DNA of 32,000 nucleotides from Xanthomonas campestris pv. campestris str. ATCC 33913 (GTDB lineage Bacteria; Pseudomonadota; Gammaproteobacteria; Xanthomonadales; Xanthomonadaceae): NCBI RefSeq assembly GCF_000007145.1, contig NC_003902.1, positions 340,325 to 372,324 of the forward strand, read 5' to 3'. Shown piece by piece: positions 31,999 to 32,000 of this stretch (position 1 is its first letter; each line of letters starts with the position of its first letter). The notes under the pieces were generated by a model. It saw only the letters and a program-made list of their open reading frames with translations, ran no database searches and was not told where the DNA came from. The position numbers and the translations under genes were made by a program.

Positions 31999-32000
31999 GG

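Overview
High-GC (about 65-70%) gammaproteobacterial chromosomal segment. It is most consistent with Xanthomonadaceae, judging by the GTAG-headed REP hairpins, an HpyO-type urate hydroxylase and the codon bias. About two thirds of the window is a purine scavenging and catabolism supercluster on the minus strand. Block (i), 25372->15416: Rieske oxygenase plus PDR-type reductase (HpxD/HpxE-like), NCS2 purine permease, signal-peptide adenosine deaminase, nucleoside hydrolase, AtzE/HpxY-like amidase with an AtzG/HpxX-like N-terminus, and a GGT-family HpxW-like amidohydrolase. Block (ii), 8899->2868: a seven-gene ureide operon, allC - ureidoglycine aminotransferase - puuE - hpxZ - uraD - hpyO - uraH, in which five consecutive junctions are ATGA overlaps. 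No xanthine dehydrogenase, cofactor-less uricase, ureidoglycine aminohydrolase or ureidoglycolate lyase is visible. The encoded route therefore looks like an O2-dependent, molybdenum-independent path from nucleoside to oxalurate, oxamate and oxalate. Both divergent LysR promoter regions share the same TTGCA-N5-TGCAA (T-N11-A) box. Other genes: a 5'-truncated chemoreceptor, yehS-like DUF1456, a NepI-like MFS pump, ybhP-clsB, tatD, a VOC-fold protein, a ynfL/ynfM-like LysR/MFS pair and a partial zinc-PLC/P1-nuclease-like gene. Non-coding structure is rich. There are two tandem arrays of composite REP units (six hairpins at an exact 186-bp period; four hairpins at 126-137 bp) and one solitary REP. 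There are also two copies of a second hairpin-repeat family (CTCTCCC-N3-GGGAGAG plus a GGGGTGAGGGT box). One of these supplies the last ~29 codons of the nucleoside hydrolase ORF and abuts the amidase start. I found no CRISPR, tRNA/rRNA, intact IS or recognisable defence system. Every homology call comes from reading the translations against remembered family motifs; no searches were run.
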